Below are positions 10,141 through 21,452 of a stretch of 64,000 nt of DNA, in pieces. The notes under the pieces were generated by a model, which saw only the letters and a program-made list of their open reading frames with translations, made no database searches and was not told the origin of the DNA. This DNA is from Azolla caroliniana (Eukaryota > Plantae > Polypodiophyta): assembly GCA_043228905.1 (NCBI GenBank), contig JBHGNT010000003.1, positions 15,004,001 through 15,068,000 of the forward strand. The letters run 5' to 3'. Positions within the stretch are counted from its first letter, which is position 1, and each line of letters starts with the position of its first letter. A program made the position numbers and the translations under genes.

Positions 10141-12505
10141 CTATAGCAGCTTCAACTCTTGCACCTTGCCATAGTGCTTCCTGGACTTATTCTAAGAGAA
10201 ATGGAACTTTGAATGTCTGCTAACATTGCAAACGGTACTGAGCTTTAATAATATGCACGCTGATGGAGAGAGTTGTGGCATTGTATTCTTCGATTAGTTT
10301 CCTCATAGTTTCAACCTTCTTCACTGTTGAAGGTAACGACTCAATCTTTTCTTTGTGCAAGTAGATTGCCTCTTCTTCCCATCCAAATACATGTTCTTAG
10401 AATGCTCTTTGTGTAGAAGTCCTTTATACAAGGAACAAAATTAGGGCCCATTACACGAGCCTTCTAACTAGTAGACACCTTTTCCAGAAAACAGAGGGCC
10501 AAAAGCAAAGAAAATCAACCCTTATCAGAGCAAGAATCATTTTAGAGACATAGAGCATAAGGGGACCATGAGGATCACAATAATTTCTTCCCCCCAATTT
10601 CCTTCTTCTCTTCTTTCAATAGACTCTCATTCTTTCATCCGTTTCTAATTTTTGAAGCCAGAAAAAGGAAGTGTTATACATGTACCCCCGATACATGCTA
10701 AGTGTGAAAAGGCCAAAATTGGTCTTCCACTTAGTAGTGTGTGGGGAGAGAGAGAGTTTAGTGAGTGTGAGCGAGTGAGTGAGAGTCTTCATCCTCTCTG
10801 TCCTCCCTCCCCCCCCCCCCCCCCCCCCTTTCTCTCTGTTGCAGAGATTCACTACCTCTTCCTCTCTGTTGTAACCTCTAACCTCCTATTGTATTGAGAG
10901 TTGTCTATTGTATCCTACTGTTGCTCGCCCCCTGTTCCTGCCGTGCACACTACAACTAAGAAGGAGCACCGCTCCTTCTTCATCCTTGTTGTCCTTGCAT
11001 CACGATTCGGAGCAGAACAGAACAATTCCCTCTTGGTTTTCTACTCCACCGATTTGCAACAGTGGTATCAGAGCTTGGGAGACAACGATAGGAAGCTTTG
11101 GAGTTGGAAGCAATGAGCATCCAAGACTCGTAGCAGCAGTGTGGGAGATTCGTGTGGTGAGCGTTGGAGTATTGGGCTTGGCTGAAGCATCTACCTATTG
11201 TTGGGCATCTCCAACATCTTTGACATTGAAGAAAGGAGCCTGCTATTCACAGGTATTTCCCTTGGTTAAACTCTCCGTTTATCCATCATAAGCGAAACCT
11301 TTTTTGGTGGAAATAAGTTGTGGTGGGAGAGACCCCTGCCACATTTGGAAGAGCGATTTGGGCTCAGTGTGAATGTATAGCAGAGCAGATGCCTACAATT
11401 TGTGATTTTGGAGATGTATGCTAGTCAGTATCGTTGTCACATTTGGAAGAGAGATTTGGGGTCAATGTGAATGTATAACAAAGAAAATGCCTACAATTGT
11501 GATTTGGGAGATGTATGCTAGTCAGTATCGTTGACATTTTGGAAATTATATGTTTTTCAGTGGTGCGTGTTATATGCAAGAGTGACATTAGTCTTTTTTG
11601 ATAGTTTGTAGCTGACCTTTTGGAAGTTGTATGCTTTCAGTGGTGCGTGCTACACACAATATTGTTGGAAGTTATATGCTTTCAGTGGTGCGTGCTACAC
11701 GCAATATTGGTATCAATTTTTGACAGTTTGCCATAAGCTAGTTAGTTACTAGTTTTTTTGTTGTCCAATCGTATTTTTTTGTTGCCTGATACTTGTGAAA
11801 CTGTTTTTAGAATTCAAGCCATTGGACACTAAAAGAATATAAGGTATGGAGGATTCACATTTGGAGGACAAGGACATGAACTAACATCTCGTGGATAAGT
11901 CCAAATAAAAGCAATAAAGATGGAGAAAAGTTAAAAAGAGAAAAAGCAGACCACCAAAACGCAGTCAGAAACAAATGCTCATAACTCTCTCGTTTGACAC
12001 CCAAATATCACGTGTAAATATGGGTTAGAAAGCTTATGACGAGAGCTATCCCTAGCTTTTTAAAAAATCTAAATTTGGAGCATGGATGAGGGAGATATGA
12101 CGATTAGAAGATCGTTGTGTCATAGCCAAGAATAGGAGATGGAAAAGCTCTAAAAAAAGCGTGGAAAAGAAAGCAAGCGAAACTTATCTACTAGAGGAGA
12201 ATTTCATATAAAGCAAGAAGGGTGAGGTGGTGAGAAGGAGTTTTTTTTCTTGTGGTGTTTTTCTTGCCTATTCATGTAGTGCGTTTTTCTAGTGATCAAT
12301 TGATCCTTGTAGGCTTGAGTTCATGTATCTTCTTTCTCTTGTTTCTATGATCATCACTCCTTATTAATATATCTTTGTAGATTTGGATTTCTATATCTTC
12401 CTTCTCTCTCTTTTCTATCATCATCTCTCTTTTCATTTTTTTTGCGCTCCAGGGAGGGCCGATCTTTTCCGTACCTTGGGAAGATTGATTGTGTCTTAGT
12501 ATTAC

Positions 12506-13108
12506 GTGGATATGGCGTTTCAATTTGCTTTCGCAGGTGATGGCGTTCAGGATGGAGGAGCTTTTTTGGCATCGTTCGAGCATCATGCGGTTTCGATTGG
12601 GAAGGTGAATGACATAGAGAAATTGCCCTTGTTGGTGGCAACTTTCTACTCAAGAGCCCGGGAGTGGTATGAGTCATTACCTCCCAACCAACAAACCAAC
12701 TACCAATTGCTCGTTCAACAATTTAGAAGCAAGTACATCCGACGTCGTAGTGCGATGGAGGTGCGAGAGGAACTATTCGCCTTGCGTATGACAACATTGA
12801 TGGAGTATTCGGAATACGAGAGGGTGTTCAAAGAGCTGTGGTCAACATGGATCCGTCTACGAGGAGGCGTAGAGGATGAGTGGTTCAAGATGGATCGCTT
12901 CAAGGCGGGCTTGAACCCTTACTTTGCAATGGAGGCGAATTTGAAGGACCCAACCAATTTTCAAACTCTTCTACAAGTGTGTCAAATATATGATAGACAA
13001 CTTAAAGTGATGCGGATGGGGGTCGATACAACGGTGGCGACAGCTAATGCGAATGTGGTGTCAACTCTAAACGCCCCACATCCATCCTCTATTGTACATG
13101 GAGGATAG
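12506..13108 (+). CDS. Element J gag (capsid part), ends at an in-frame TAG
   Basis: AREWYESLP...LLVQQFRSKY resembles Retrotrans_gag; same reading frame as the downstream ORF. Confidence 0.8.
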   Translation: MDMAFQFAFAGDGVQDGGAFLASFEHHAVSIGKVNDIEKLPLLVATFYSRAREWYESLPPNQQTNYQLLVQQFRSKYIRRRSAMEVREELFALRMTTLMEYSEYERVFKELWSTWIRLRGGVEDEWFKMDRFKAGLNPYFAMEANLKDPTNFQTLLQVCQIYDRQLKVMRMGVDTTVATANANVVSTLNAPHPSSIVHGG

Positions 13109-13159
13109 GTTTTTCCAAACATATTTAATTCTAATGTAGCTAACCAAGCTAGTTTACCA

Positions 13160-16100
13160 ATGTTGCGAGATGTAGATCATCCAAGAATTGATGGAAGTTT
13201 CCCCGAGCAACTAAACCGACGACTTGACGAGCTAACGAATCAATTCCGCCAAATGCAAGCTAGTTTCAACACCAACCAAGTTCGCGAGGTGCCACCAAAA
13301 AAACGGGTCCCGGTTTGTTATTCTTGTGGTGTTGAAGGACATATTGCTACACGATGTCCTTCAAGAAGACAAGGTGGTTTAGGACGAGGTATCTATCAAC
13401 TTCAAGGAGGTTCAAATGCCCCTAACAACCATGCAAATAGCAATAATCAAGTTTCTAGTGATGGAGGACCGTTGCCAATGGCTCAAGTCCCAACAATACC
13501 TTCCAATGTAAATCTTCTTGATTTTATGTATGATACTGACGATGATTGTGATGTTGTTCCAATCAAGAGAACTCGAGCAACGCATAAGGGAAAAGAGGTG
13601 GAAGGGGAGTCAAGTAACCCTCAAATAAAGAAAAAAACTAAGGAGTCTAAGATGGAGAATCCTTCAAAAAGGCGTCGTTCAAGGAGAAAGATCAATATGG
13701 AGGATATGCCCATGGGGAAAGGAGTGGAGCCTTTCGACCTCAAGCAAGAGCTGATTACTAATGGACCCCGGATCACTTGGCCGCAACTTCTTCAACTCTC
13801 TCCAAAAATACGAAAAGAATGGGGACGACTAGCGAGCATACGTCAAAGTACGAAAACAGTGCACTATGCGGGGGTTGTACGAGTGAAGGAACGAAAGGAT
13901 ATTCGACCTACAATACCGGTATCTATAAAAGGTTATATAGTTAAGGATGCTTTAGTGGATAGTGGTGCTAGAATAAGTCTTATCTCAGAAGTCCTTATAA
14001 GTAAACTTGGTATTCCTATTTGTAAAAGTTCATCTGCGAAAGTAGCTGTAGCTGATGGAGGATTAGTACCTTGCATGGGGATTATAGAAGATGTTATCCT
14101 TGAGTGTTTTGGTATATGTATTTCTATGGATTTCCATGTTATTCCCCTTAAGGGACCCTCTTATTCCTTGGTGTTGGGAAGACCTTGGATGCAAGAACTA
14201 AATGTAATTCAGGATTGGAGTAATGGGTTGATGACTTTGGCACCCTCCGAGAGTGTCAACATTGTCTACGACATGCGTCTTCAACGAGTGATCAAGGGTG
14301 CAAGGGAGAACAACTCATCTGATAGTGAGTATGAAGAAGAGAGTAGTGCAAGTGATAGTACTTCATCGGATTGGGAGGAGACAACATCATATGTGATATC
14401 CAAGGAGGAGAAAGAAGACAATAAAGAGGAAGAAACCATCACCCTTGAACAACGAGAGAAGATGATTTCCAAAGATATTCAAGGAGAAGATCGACAAAGG
14501 TTTGTTTCCCTACTTTCTGAGTTTCCGAGGTTATTTATAAATGACTATTCGCAGATTAGAGGAGTGGATGTCATTAAACACCAAATCAAGTTGAAGGAGG
14601 GAAGTGAACCGGTTGCCCAAAAGCTTCGTCGGTTGGGGACTGTCCAAAAGGAGGCTCTATTAAAGGAGGTTAAAGCTTTGTTGAGGGCTGGTTTCATATA
14701 CCCCGTGGAGGATTCGGAGTGGGTGTCCCCCGTTGTGGTGGTTCCTAAGAAGAATGGAAAATGGCGAGTTTGTGTCGACTTCAAACCTTTGAATGCAGCT
14801 ACGAAGCGGGATCACTTTCCACTTCCTTTTCAAGATGAGATTTTGGATGAAATTGCGGGGCATGAGATGTACACGGTATGTGATGGGTATTCCGGCTATT
14901 TTCAAATAAGAATCGCAGAGGAGGATCAAAGAAAGACAACCTTCATAACACCTTGGGGTTGTTTTGCTTATAAGTGTATGCCCTTTGGTTTAACCAATGC
15001 GGTGTTTACTTTCAATCGTTTGGCTATACATGTTTTTCAACCTTTTTTTGGAAAATTCGTAAGGGTGTTTATAGATGATTTTGCCATCTATAGTACAAGG
15101 ATTGGTCATATAGAGAAGGTGCGAGCGGCTTTCAAACGTCTTGATGAATGTAAAGGACAACTCAACCCCGAAAAGTGCCATGTTGGAGAAAAAGAGGTGG
15201 CGATGCTTGGACATGTGGTGTCTCTTCAAGGAATTAAGGTGGATCCCTCAAAGATCAAAGTGATTGAAAGTTTACCGTATCCGAAAGATATTAAGTCCTT
15301 GGAGGTTTTTGTTCAAAAGGTGCGATATTTTGAGAGATTTATCCATATGCTAGCCCAAGCCCTTTATCCTTTTAGAGTCATCCTTCGCACTAATATTTTT
15401 GTGTGGAATCCTTTTGTGCAAGAAAAATTTGATAGGGTTAGAGAGCTATTAGCTAAAACCCCTATTCTTAAGCCACCAGATAGAAATTCTACATTCTTTC
15501 TTTCTCTTAGTGTTAGCTCTCATGCTATTGGCTCTATTCTCATGCAACAAGATCCTCATAATAAGCTAATGCATCCTATTTATTATATAAGTAGAGCCAT
15601 AAGTGATGTGGAAAAAACCTTTATGGATGTGGAAAAGTGGGTGTTAGCTCTTACATATGCATGTCAAAAGTTTAGGAGCTTTCTTATCCCTCAACACTTT
15701 GTAATAATCACTAGTATGTCACTACTCCCCTATGTACTACAACATGTAAATGTATCATCTAGAATTACAAAGTGGGCTCTTCTATTGGTCGAGTTTGATT
15801 TTGAAGTTAGGCTTGAGTCCACTATGTGTGCGGAATTGGCAGATCTTCTCACTTATAGAGAGAGTCTTCATGAGGAAGATTTATCAAAGCTAAGAGATGC
15901 CCTTCCCGAACCAGATATAGAAGATGCTTTCACATTGTTCTTTGATGGTGCTTACCGAAAGGCAACAAATTTAGCGGTTGGAGGCTTTATATTAAGAAAC
16001 CCCAATGGAGAGGTGGTACACGCTGAAGGGATTTCGCTTCCCAATGTCACCACCAACAATGAAGCAGAATACGCGACCTTGTGCTTTGCCTTACGACTTT

Positions 16101-17704
16101 GTAAAGCTAGGGCAATCAAAAGATTAATCATCAAAGGTGATTCCCTATTAATTGTCAAACAAATTCAAGGTATGTGGAAATGTCAAAGTGATGGATTACG
16201 TGGCTTCTATAAGGAGGCACTTAGCTTAATGAAGTCATTTAGTAAAGTACAAGTAAAACATGTAAGTCGTGTGGACAATAAAGAGGCTGATGCGCTTGCT
16301 CAAGAACAATTAGTGAAGATTAAAGGGGAACCTTTATATATTTTAGAAGAATGTAAGGGTGCAGAGTCCCTCTTAGAGATACAAGAGCTTCTTAACGATG
16401 GTGTTTTCCCCAAGGATCTTAATGGGTTACAGAGAAGAAGGTTGGTATCAAGATCTTCTCAATATGTAGTGGTTGGTAAGGATTTGTATCATAAAGGCAA
16501 GGATGATATTCTACGAAGGGTGCCCCTTAAAGAGGAGATTGTAGAGATCCTAAGGAAGATGCATGAGGAGGCTTGTGGAGGACATTTTTCTCATGACATC
16601 ATGTTGCGAAAGATTATGTTAACAGGTTTTACTTGGCCTACCATCCATAAAGACATTCACGAGTGGTGCAAATCTTGTGATGCATGCCAAAAGGCGAGAC
16701 GTAGACATCTTCGTGTGGGTCCTTTACATCCGATCGTGGTTTTTGCTCCGTTCGAGAAATGGGGAATCGATGCGGTAGGTCCTCTTCCAAAGACCCAACA
16801 TGGTAAGGAATATATCTTGGTAGCAATTGATTACATGACCAAGTGGGCGGAAGTAGCGGCAACTTCTTCAATCAAATCTAAGGACGTGGCTCAATTTATC
16901 TACCGTAATATTTGTACGAGATTTGGTGTACCATTAGAGATTGTATCTGATCATGGTCCAAGTTTTCGTGGTGAAGTATTGGCTTACTTATTAGAGAAGT
17001 TGAAGATAAAGCATAGGTACTCTACCCCATACTATCCTCAAGCTAATGGTGCAGTGGAGAAGGTGAATGGTATTTTGGTTAAAAATCTCCAAAAACTTGT
17101 TAATGATAAAATGAGAACATGGGATAAATTTCTTGATGATGCTATTTGGGCATACCGTGTTTCCTTTAAGTTATCCACGGGTTTTACCCCATTCTTTTTA
17201 GTGTATGGACAAGAGGCTTTATTTCCTATTGAACTACAAGTGCGAAGTAATCGACTTATGCAAGCTTCGTGTCGTGATGGAGAAAGTGTTATGGAGGATC
17301 GATTAGCACACAATCATGTATTGCAATATTCAAGAGAAGAAGCGGTAGAGCACTACTTACAACAAGCGTGGAGGAGGAAACAATATTATGATAAAAAAGC
17401 AAGATTAGAAACATTTCTTAAAGGGTCATTAGTTCTTCGTTATGACAACCGTTTTGACAACATCAAAGGTCAAAAAATGGTGAACCGATGGGAGGGACCC
17501 TTTGTTGTGCATGAAGTTTATGACAATGGAAGTTATCAACTCAAGGACATCGATGGCACGATACATGAGCTACGAGTAAATGGATGGCGTTTAAAGCAAT
17601 ATTTGAATCGTGGACCCACATATCTACATAATGTGAATGAAGAGCTTGATGATGATGCCACAGATCAAAACGTGTACTTGTTCCCATGTTTCTTCTTCAA
17701 TTAG
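13160..17704 (+). CDS. Element J polyprotein: CCHC knuckle-PR-RT-degenerate RH-additional RNase H-INT
   Basis: CYSCGVEGHIATRC; ALVDSGA; RDHFPLPF, DGYSGY, FIDD; second RNase H LFFDGA...TNNEAEY...KGDS...NKEADALA; integrase HHCC, WGIDAVGP, SDHG, NGAVE, WEGPF. Confidence 0.95.
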   Translation: MLRDVDHPRIDGSFPEQLNRRLDELTNQFRQMQASFNTNQVREVPPKKRVPVCYSCGVEGHIATRCPSRRQGGLGRGIYQLQGGSNAPNNHANSNNQVSSDGGPLPMAQVPTIPSNVNLLDFMYDTDDDCDVVPIKRTRATHKGKEVEGESSNPQIKKKTKESKMENPSKRRRSRRKINMEDMPMGKGVEPFDLKQELITNGPRITWPQLLQLSPKIRKEWGRLASIRQSTKTVHYAGVVRVKERKDIRPTIPVSIKGYIVKDALVDSGARISLISEVLISKLGIPICKSSSAKVAVADGGLVPCMGIIEDVILECFGICISMDFHVIPLKGPSYSLVLGRPWMQELNVIQDWSNGLMTLAPSESVNIVYDMRLQRVIKGARENNSSDSEYEEESSASDSTSSDWEETTSYVISKEEKEDNKEEETITLEQREKMISKDIQGEDRQRFVSLLSEFPRLFINDYSQIRGVDVIKHQIKLKEGSEPVAQKLRRLGTVQKEALLKEVKALLRAGFIYPVEDSEWVSPVVVVPKKNGKWRVCVDFKPLNAATKRDHFPLPFQDEILDEIAGHEMYTVCDGYSGYFQIRIAEEDQRKTTFITPWGCFAYKCMPFGLTNAVFTFNRLAIHVFQPFFGKFVRVFIDDFAIYSTRIGHIEKVRAAFKRLDECKGQLNPEKCHVGEKEVAMLGHVVSLQGIKVDPSKIKVIESLPYPKDIKSLEVFVQKVRYFERFIHMLAQALYPFRVILRTNIFVWNPFVQEKFDRVRELLAKTPILKPPDRNSTFFLSLSVSSHAIGSILMQQDPHNKLMHPIYYISRAISDVEKTFMDVEKWVLALTYACQKFRSFLIPQHFVIITSMSLLPYVLQHVNVSSRITKWALLLVEFDFEVRLESTMCAELADLLTYRESLHEEDLSKLRDALPEPDIEDAFTLFFDGAYRKATNLAVGGFILRNPNGEVVHAEGISLPNVTTNNEAEYATLCFALRLCKARAIKRLIIKGDSLLIVKQIQGMWKCQSDGLRGFYKEALSLMKSFSKVQVKHVSRVDNKEADALAQEQLVKIKGEPLYILEECKGAESLLEIQELLNDGVFPKDLNGLQRRRLVSRSSQYVVVGKDLYHKGKDDILRRVPLKEEIVEILRKMHEEACGGHFSHDIMLRKIMLTGFTWPTIHKDIHEWCKSCDACQKARRRHLRVGPLHPIVVFAPFEKWGIDAVGPLPKTQHGKEYILVAIDYMTKWAEVAATSSIKSKDVAQFIYRNICTRFGVPLEIVSDHGPSFRGEVLAYLLEKLKIKHRYSTPYYPQANGAVEKVNGILVKNLQKLVNDKMRTWDKFLDDAIWAYRVSFKLSTGFTPFFLVYGQEALFPIELQVRSNRLMQASCRDGESVMEDRLAHNHVLQYSREEAVEHYLQQAWRRKQYYDKKARLETFLKGSLVLRYDNRFDNIKGQKMVNRWEGPFVVHEVYDNGSYQLKDIDGTIHELRVNGWRLKQYLNRGPTYLHNVNEELDDDATDQNVYLFPCFFFN

Positions 17705-18693
17705 ATAAGTGTGAAAATACTCTTCTTTTTTTGGCAAGGAGAAGAATAAATACGTGTAATTGCCATTTTATTTTATTTTGTATTAGGAGTGTGAGGTTTT
17801 TCCTACCGACTAGCGGGGGTTTTACTCACATCATTTGTTTTTATTTATTTATTTATTATCTCCTTCTTTGTCTATAGCCATGAATAAGGCGAAGGAGAAC
17901 CTTTAGTTTTATTAGTAGCTTAGGGTTCACCATAAATGGTTCACCAAGAAGCAAGGGGGAGGGCTAAATGTGAAACTGTTTTTAGAATTCAAGCCATTGG
18001 ACACTAAAAGAATATAAGGTATGGAGGATTCACATTTGGAGGACAAGGACATGAACTAACATCTCGTGGATAAGTCCAAATAAAAGCAATAAAGATGGAG
18101 AAAAGTTAAAAAGAGAAAAAGCAGACCACCAAAACGCAGTCAGAAACAAATGCTCATAACTCTCTCGTTTGACACCCAAATATCACGTGTAAATATGGGT
18201 TAGAAAGCTTATGACGAGAGCTATCCCTAGCTTTTTAAAAAATCTAAATTTGGAGCATGGATGAGGGAGATATGACGATTAGAAGATCGTTGTGTCATAG
18301 CCAAGAATAGGAGATGGAAAAGCTCTAAAAAAAGCGTGGAAAAGAAAGCAAGCGAAACTTATCTACTAGAGGAGAATTTCATATAAAGCAAGAAGGGTGA
18401 GGTGGTGAGAAGGAGTTTTTTTTCTTGTGGTGTTTTTCTTGCCTATTCATGTAGTGCGTTTTTCTAGTGATCAATTGATCCTTGTAGGCTTGAGTTCATG
18501 TATCTTCTTTCTCTTGTTTCTATGATCATCACTCCTTATTAATATATCTTTGTAGATTTGGATTTCTATATCTTCCTTCTCTCTCTTTTCTATCATCATC
18601 TCTCTTTTCAATACTGTTGTTCACTCCCATGTAGTCTGAAATGTTGGTCGCACTTCTGTTGGTCGCAATAGTTCAAGTAAGAACTATTCATTT

Positions 18694-20800
18694 TTGGGAA
18701 AAGATCATATTGAGATCCGGAAATTTGATGGATCTAATTTTGCTTTGTGGATGAATCAGATGCATGATGTATTGGTTCAAAGAAAGCAAATGAGGCCTAT
18801 AGGTGGCAAAGCGAAGAAGCCGAATGACATGGATGATGATGATTGGGAGGAACTTGATGCCTTGACCATGTTCACTATAAGACTGCACTTGGCGGATAGT
18901 GTCCACTTTACTGTTTTTGACAGCAAAAACGCCAAAGAACTTTGGAAAAAACTATGTAATACCTATGAGAAGGAAACTGCAACTAACAAGGTGTATTTGA
19001 TGAGAAAGCTGTATGACCTTCGTATGAAGGATACAGATAGTGTTGCGTCTAATTTAAATCAGTTTGATGCATTATGGTCGCCGTTGCAAACTCAGAAAAT
19101 GACCATGGATGATGAGTTGAAAGCTTTATTTTTGCTATGCACATTGCCTAGCTCATGGGACACATTCTGCACCGCCATTAGCGCTAGTGTGCCAAACGGG
19201 AAATTGGTCTATAATGACATAAGTGGAGCACTATTGGGTGAAGAAATATGTAGGAAATCTATGGCTTCCGCACAAGTTGGAGAGGCATATAATGTTTGAG
19301 ATTCTGGTTATGGCAAGAACCAGCTACGTGGTAGAAGCCATACCAGAAATAGTCATGGAAATCATGATAAGAGCAGAAGTAAGTCTAGGAAGAGACTTGT
19401 GGAATGCCATTATTGCAACAAAAAGGGTCATATCAAGAAAGATTGGTATGCCTTGAAGAACAAAGAAAAGGAAAAGGAAAAGGAAAAGGAAAAGGGTAAA
19501 GCTTATGGTGATGGGCGTATTAAACAATTGACTGGTTCATCATCTTCGGTGAAGATAGAGGAAATAAATGTTGCATGCGATGATGGTGTTGACATCTTGG
19601 TCATGGATGATGATGCTACCTATGTTGAGGCTAATATTGCTCATGCGGTTGCTCATACATGGTTGTTGGACTCTGATGCTTCATTTCATGTGACTCCACA
19701 TAGAGAGTGGTTCACACGATACGAAGCTAAACCACTTGGTACAGTACGACTTGGATATTCACATCAGTGTGATGTGATTGGCATCGGAAATGTCATGGTA
19801 CAGTTTTCTGATGGCTCTCAGTTTACCATACAAAATGTACGCCATGTGCTTGAGCTAACTCGTAGCTTAATGTTTGTTGGACAACTTGATAACATTGGTT
19901 TTAAAGTGATATTTGCTTCCCAGTCCTTTCATATTACAAAAGGAAATATGGTTATTGCCAAAGGGAACAAAGTTAGTTCACTTTATCCTTTACTTGTCCA
20001 TCAAAAAGAGCATCTTTTGACAGCCACAAAACAACCTATGACTTGTATTTGGCATGGCCGTTTAGGTCACATGTCTTGTACTGGAATGAAAACTTTATCA
20101 GGTTTTGGCTATTTAGCTTTGTTATCATTTAAATTTTTTTCAGTTTGTGAGCATTGTCAATATGGTAAACAAACTAGAAGTGTGCATCAGAATATTAATT
20201 TTGATTCATGTACTGAACCCTTGGATCTAGTTTATACAGATGTATGTGGCCCTATGCCAACTAGATCTTTGGGTGGAGCTTTGTATTTTGTTACATTTAT
20301 TGATGATGCCACAAGAAAGGTGTGGGTGTATCCCATAAAGGGAAAGGGTGATGTATACCTCATTTTTAGAAAATGGCTTGCCTCGGTTGAGACTGAAAAG
20401 GGTATAAAGCTTAAGGCTTTACGTTCTGATAATGGAGGTGAGTATAACTCTCATGAGTTTAGAGATTTTTGTGAGTCTAGAGGCATACATAGAGAGTTTA
20501 CTTCCCCTTACACTCCATTACAAAATGGTGTGGCAGAAAGGATGAATAGAACCATCCAGGACAGAGTTGTTTCTATGTTGCATCATGCAAATCTACCACA
20601 AGGTTTTTGGGCTGAAGCAGTTTGGACAACAGTCCATGTGATAAATCTATCACCTAGTACTGCCAAAGGCTTGAAAGTGGCGCAAGAGCTGTGGATAGGA
20701 AAAACCCCAAACTATGATCATCTTATGGTATTTGGATGTGAAGCGTATGTTCACGTTCCAAAATAGTTAAGGAAAAAACTAGATTTTAAGAGCAGAAAAT
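18694..20800 (+). pseudogene. Element A gag-PR-INT (Tnt1/Tork-like), with in-frame stops at 19297 and 20764
   Basis: IRKFDGSNFALW, CHYCNKKGHIKKD, WLLDS, WHGRLGH, DLVYTDVCGP, LRSDNGGEY, QNGVAER. Confidence 0.9.
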
Positions 20801-21233
20801 CGGCCAACAACAGTTTATCATCTCTTTGTTGTATTTGTCCTTTGTTTATTCTTTACAGATTCTTTTGTAATACACCCATTATAGGGGGGTATCAAATACG
20901 GTAATATATAATGGACGTATTCATATTACCCCATTGGACAAACTAGATTATGCTATTTATGTAAATAGCATAAAGGACAATTGCGCTAGTTTGGTTAGTA
21001 TATCACCAAGTTGTAACCTAGTTTGTAAAGATGATGATGTTGCCATTTTGAATAAGACATTAATATTGTGTGCCTCTAAATCAACTTCCCCCCTCTCTCG
21101 ATCCTTGGTTTAAATTAATCTTGCAGTTTGTCTTAGATCTCTCTACTCACTTTGTTTCATATCCATCAACTTGTTGTTCTTTCAGTATATAGAGTTGTCA
21201 TTAAGTTTACCATTGATGACCACGTTTCCAACA
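20801..21233 (+). mobile_element. Decayed 3' UTR, PPT and LTR (20890-21233) of the B/C Copia family
   Basis: CCCATTATAGGGGGG followed by TATCAAATAC...TATAATGGACGTATTCA resembles the C junction CCCATTACGGGGGAG|TGTCGAATAC...TATAATGGACGTATTCA; ends CCAACA. Confidence 0.75.
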
Positions 21234-21419
21234 ATTGCCTTCTTTTCCCTATTTCCTACCTTTATGCTCGCGTAACGGAACATACGGAGGGGATTTTGAG
21301 GTGCTTCTCACAAATCCTCATTGTTGAGAATTGAGGCTGTTAGTGCGGAAACATCAACAACACTTTGATATGAAGATCATCGAGTACACAAGTCAAAGAC
21401 AAGATCAAAGATGAGAATC

Positions 21420-21452
<33 letters not shown>

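Larger units (their letters stand above)
11794..18610 (+). mobile_element. Gypsy element J (non-chromovirus, OTA/Tat-like, dual RNase H), full length 6817 bp
   Basis: 642-bp LTRs at 11794-12435 and 17969-18610, apparently identical, TG...CA. TSD ATACT at 11789-11793 and 18611-18615. PPT AAGAAGCAAGGGGGAGGG precedes the 3' LTR. Confidence 0.97.
10672..20800 (+). mobile_element. Copia element A, 3'-truncated (5' LTR about 10672-11061, PBS-Met 11063-11074), interrupted by Gypsy J
   Basis: TGTT...CAACA followed by TGGTATCAGAGC. The leader has tandem repeats (about 11340-11710). gag-PR-INT follows the J insertion. No RT/RH and no matching 3' LTR; the LTR start is inferred. Confidence 0.8.

Noticed and set aside
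10200-10620. Possible LINE 3' fragment on the minus strand
   Set aside because: Only vague similarity; no intact motif.
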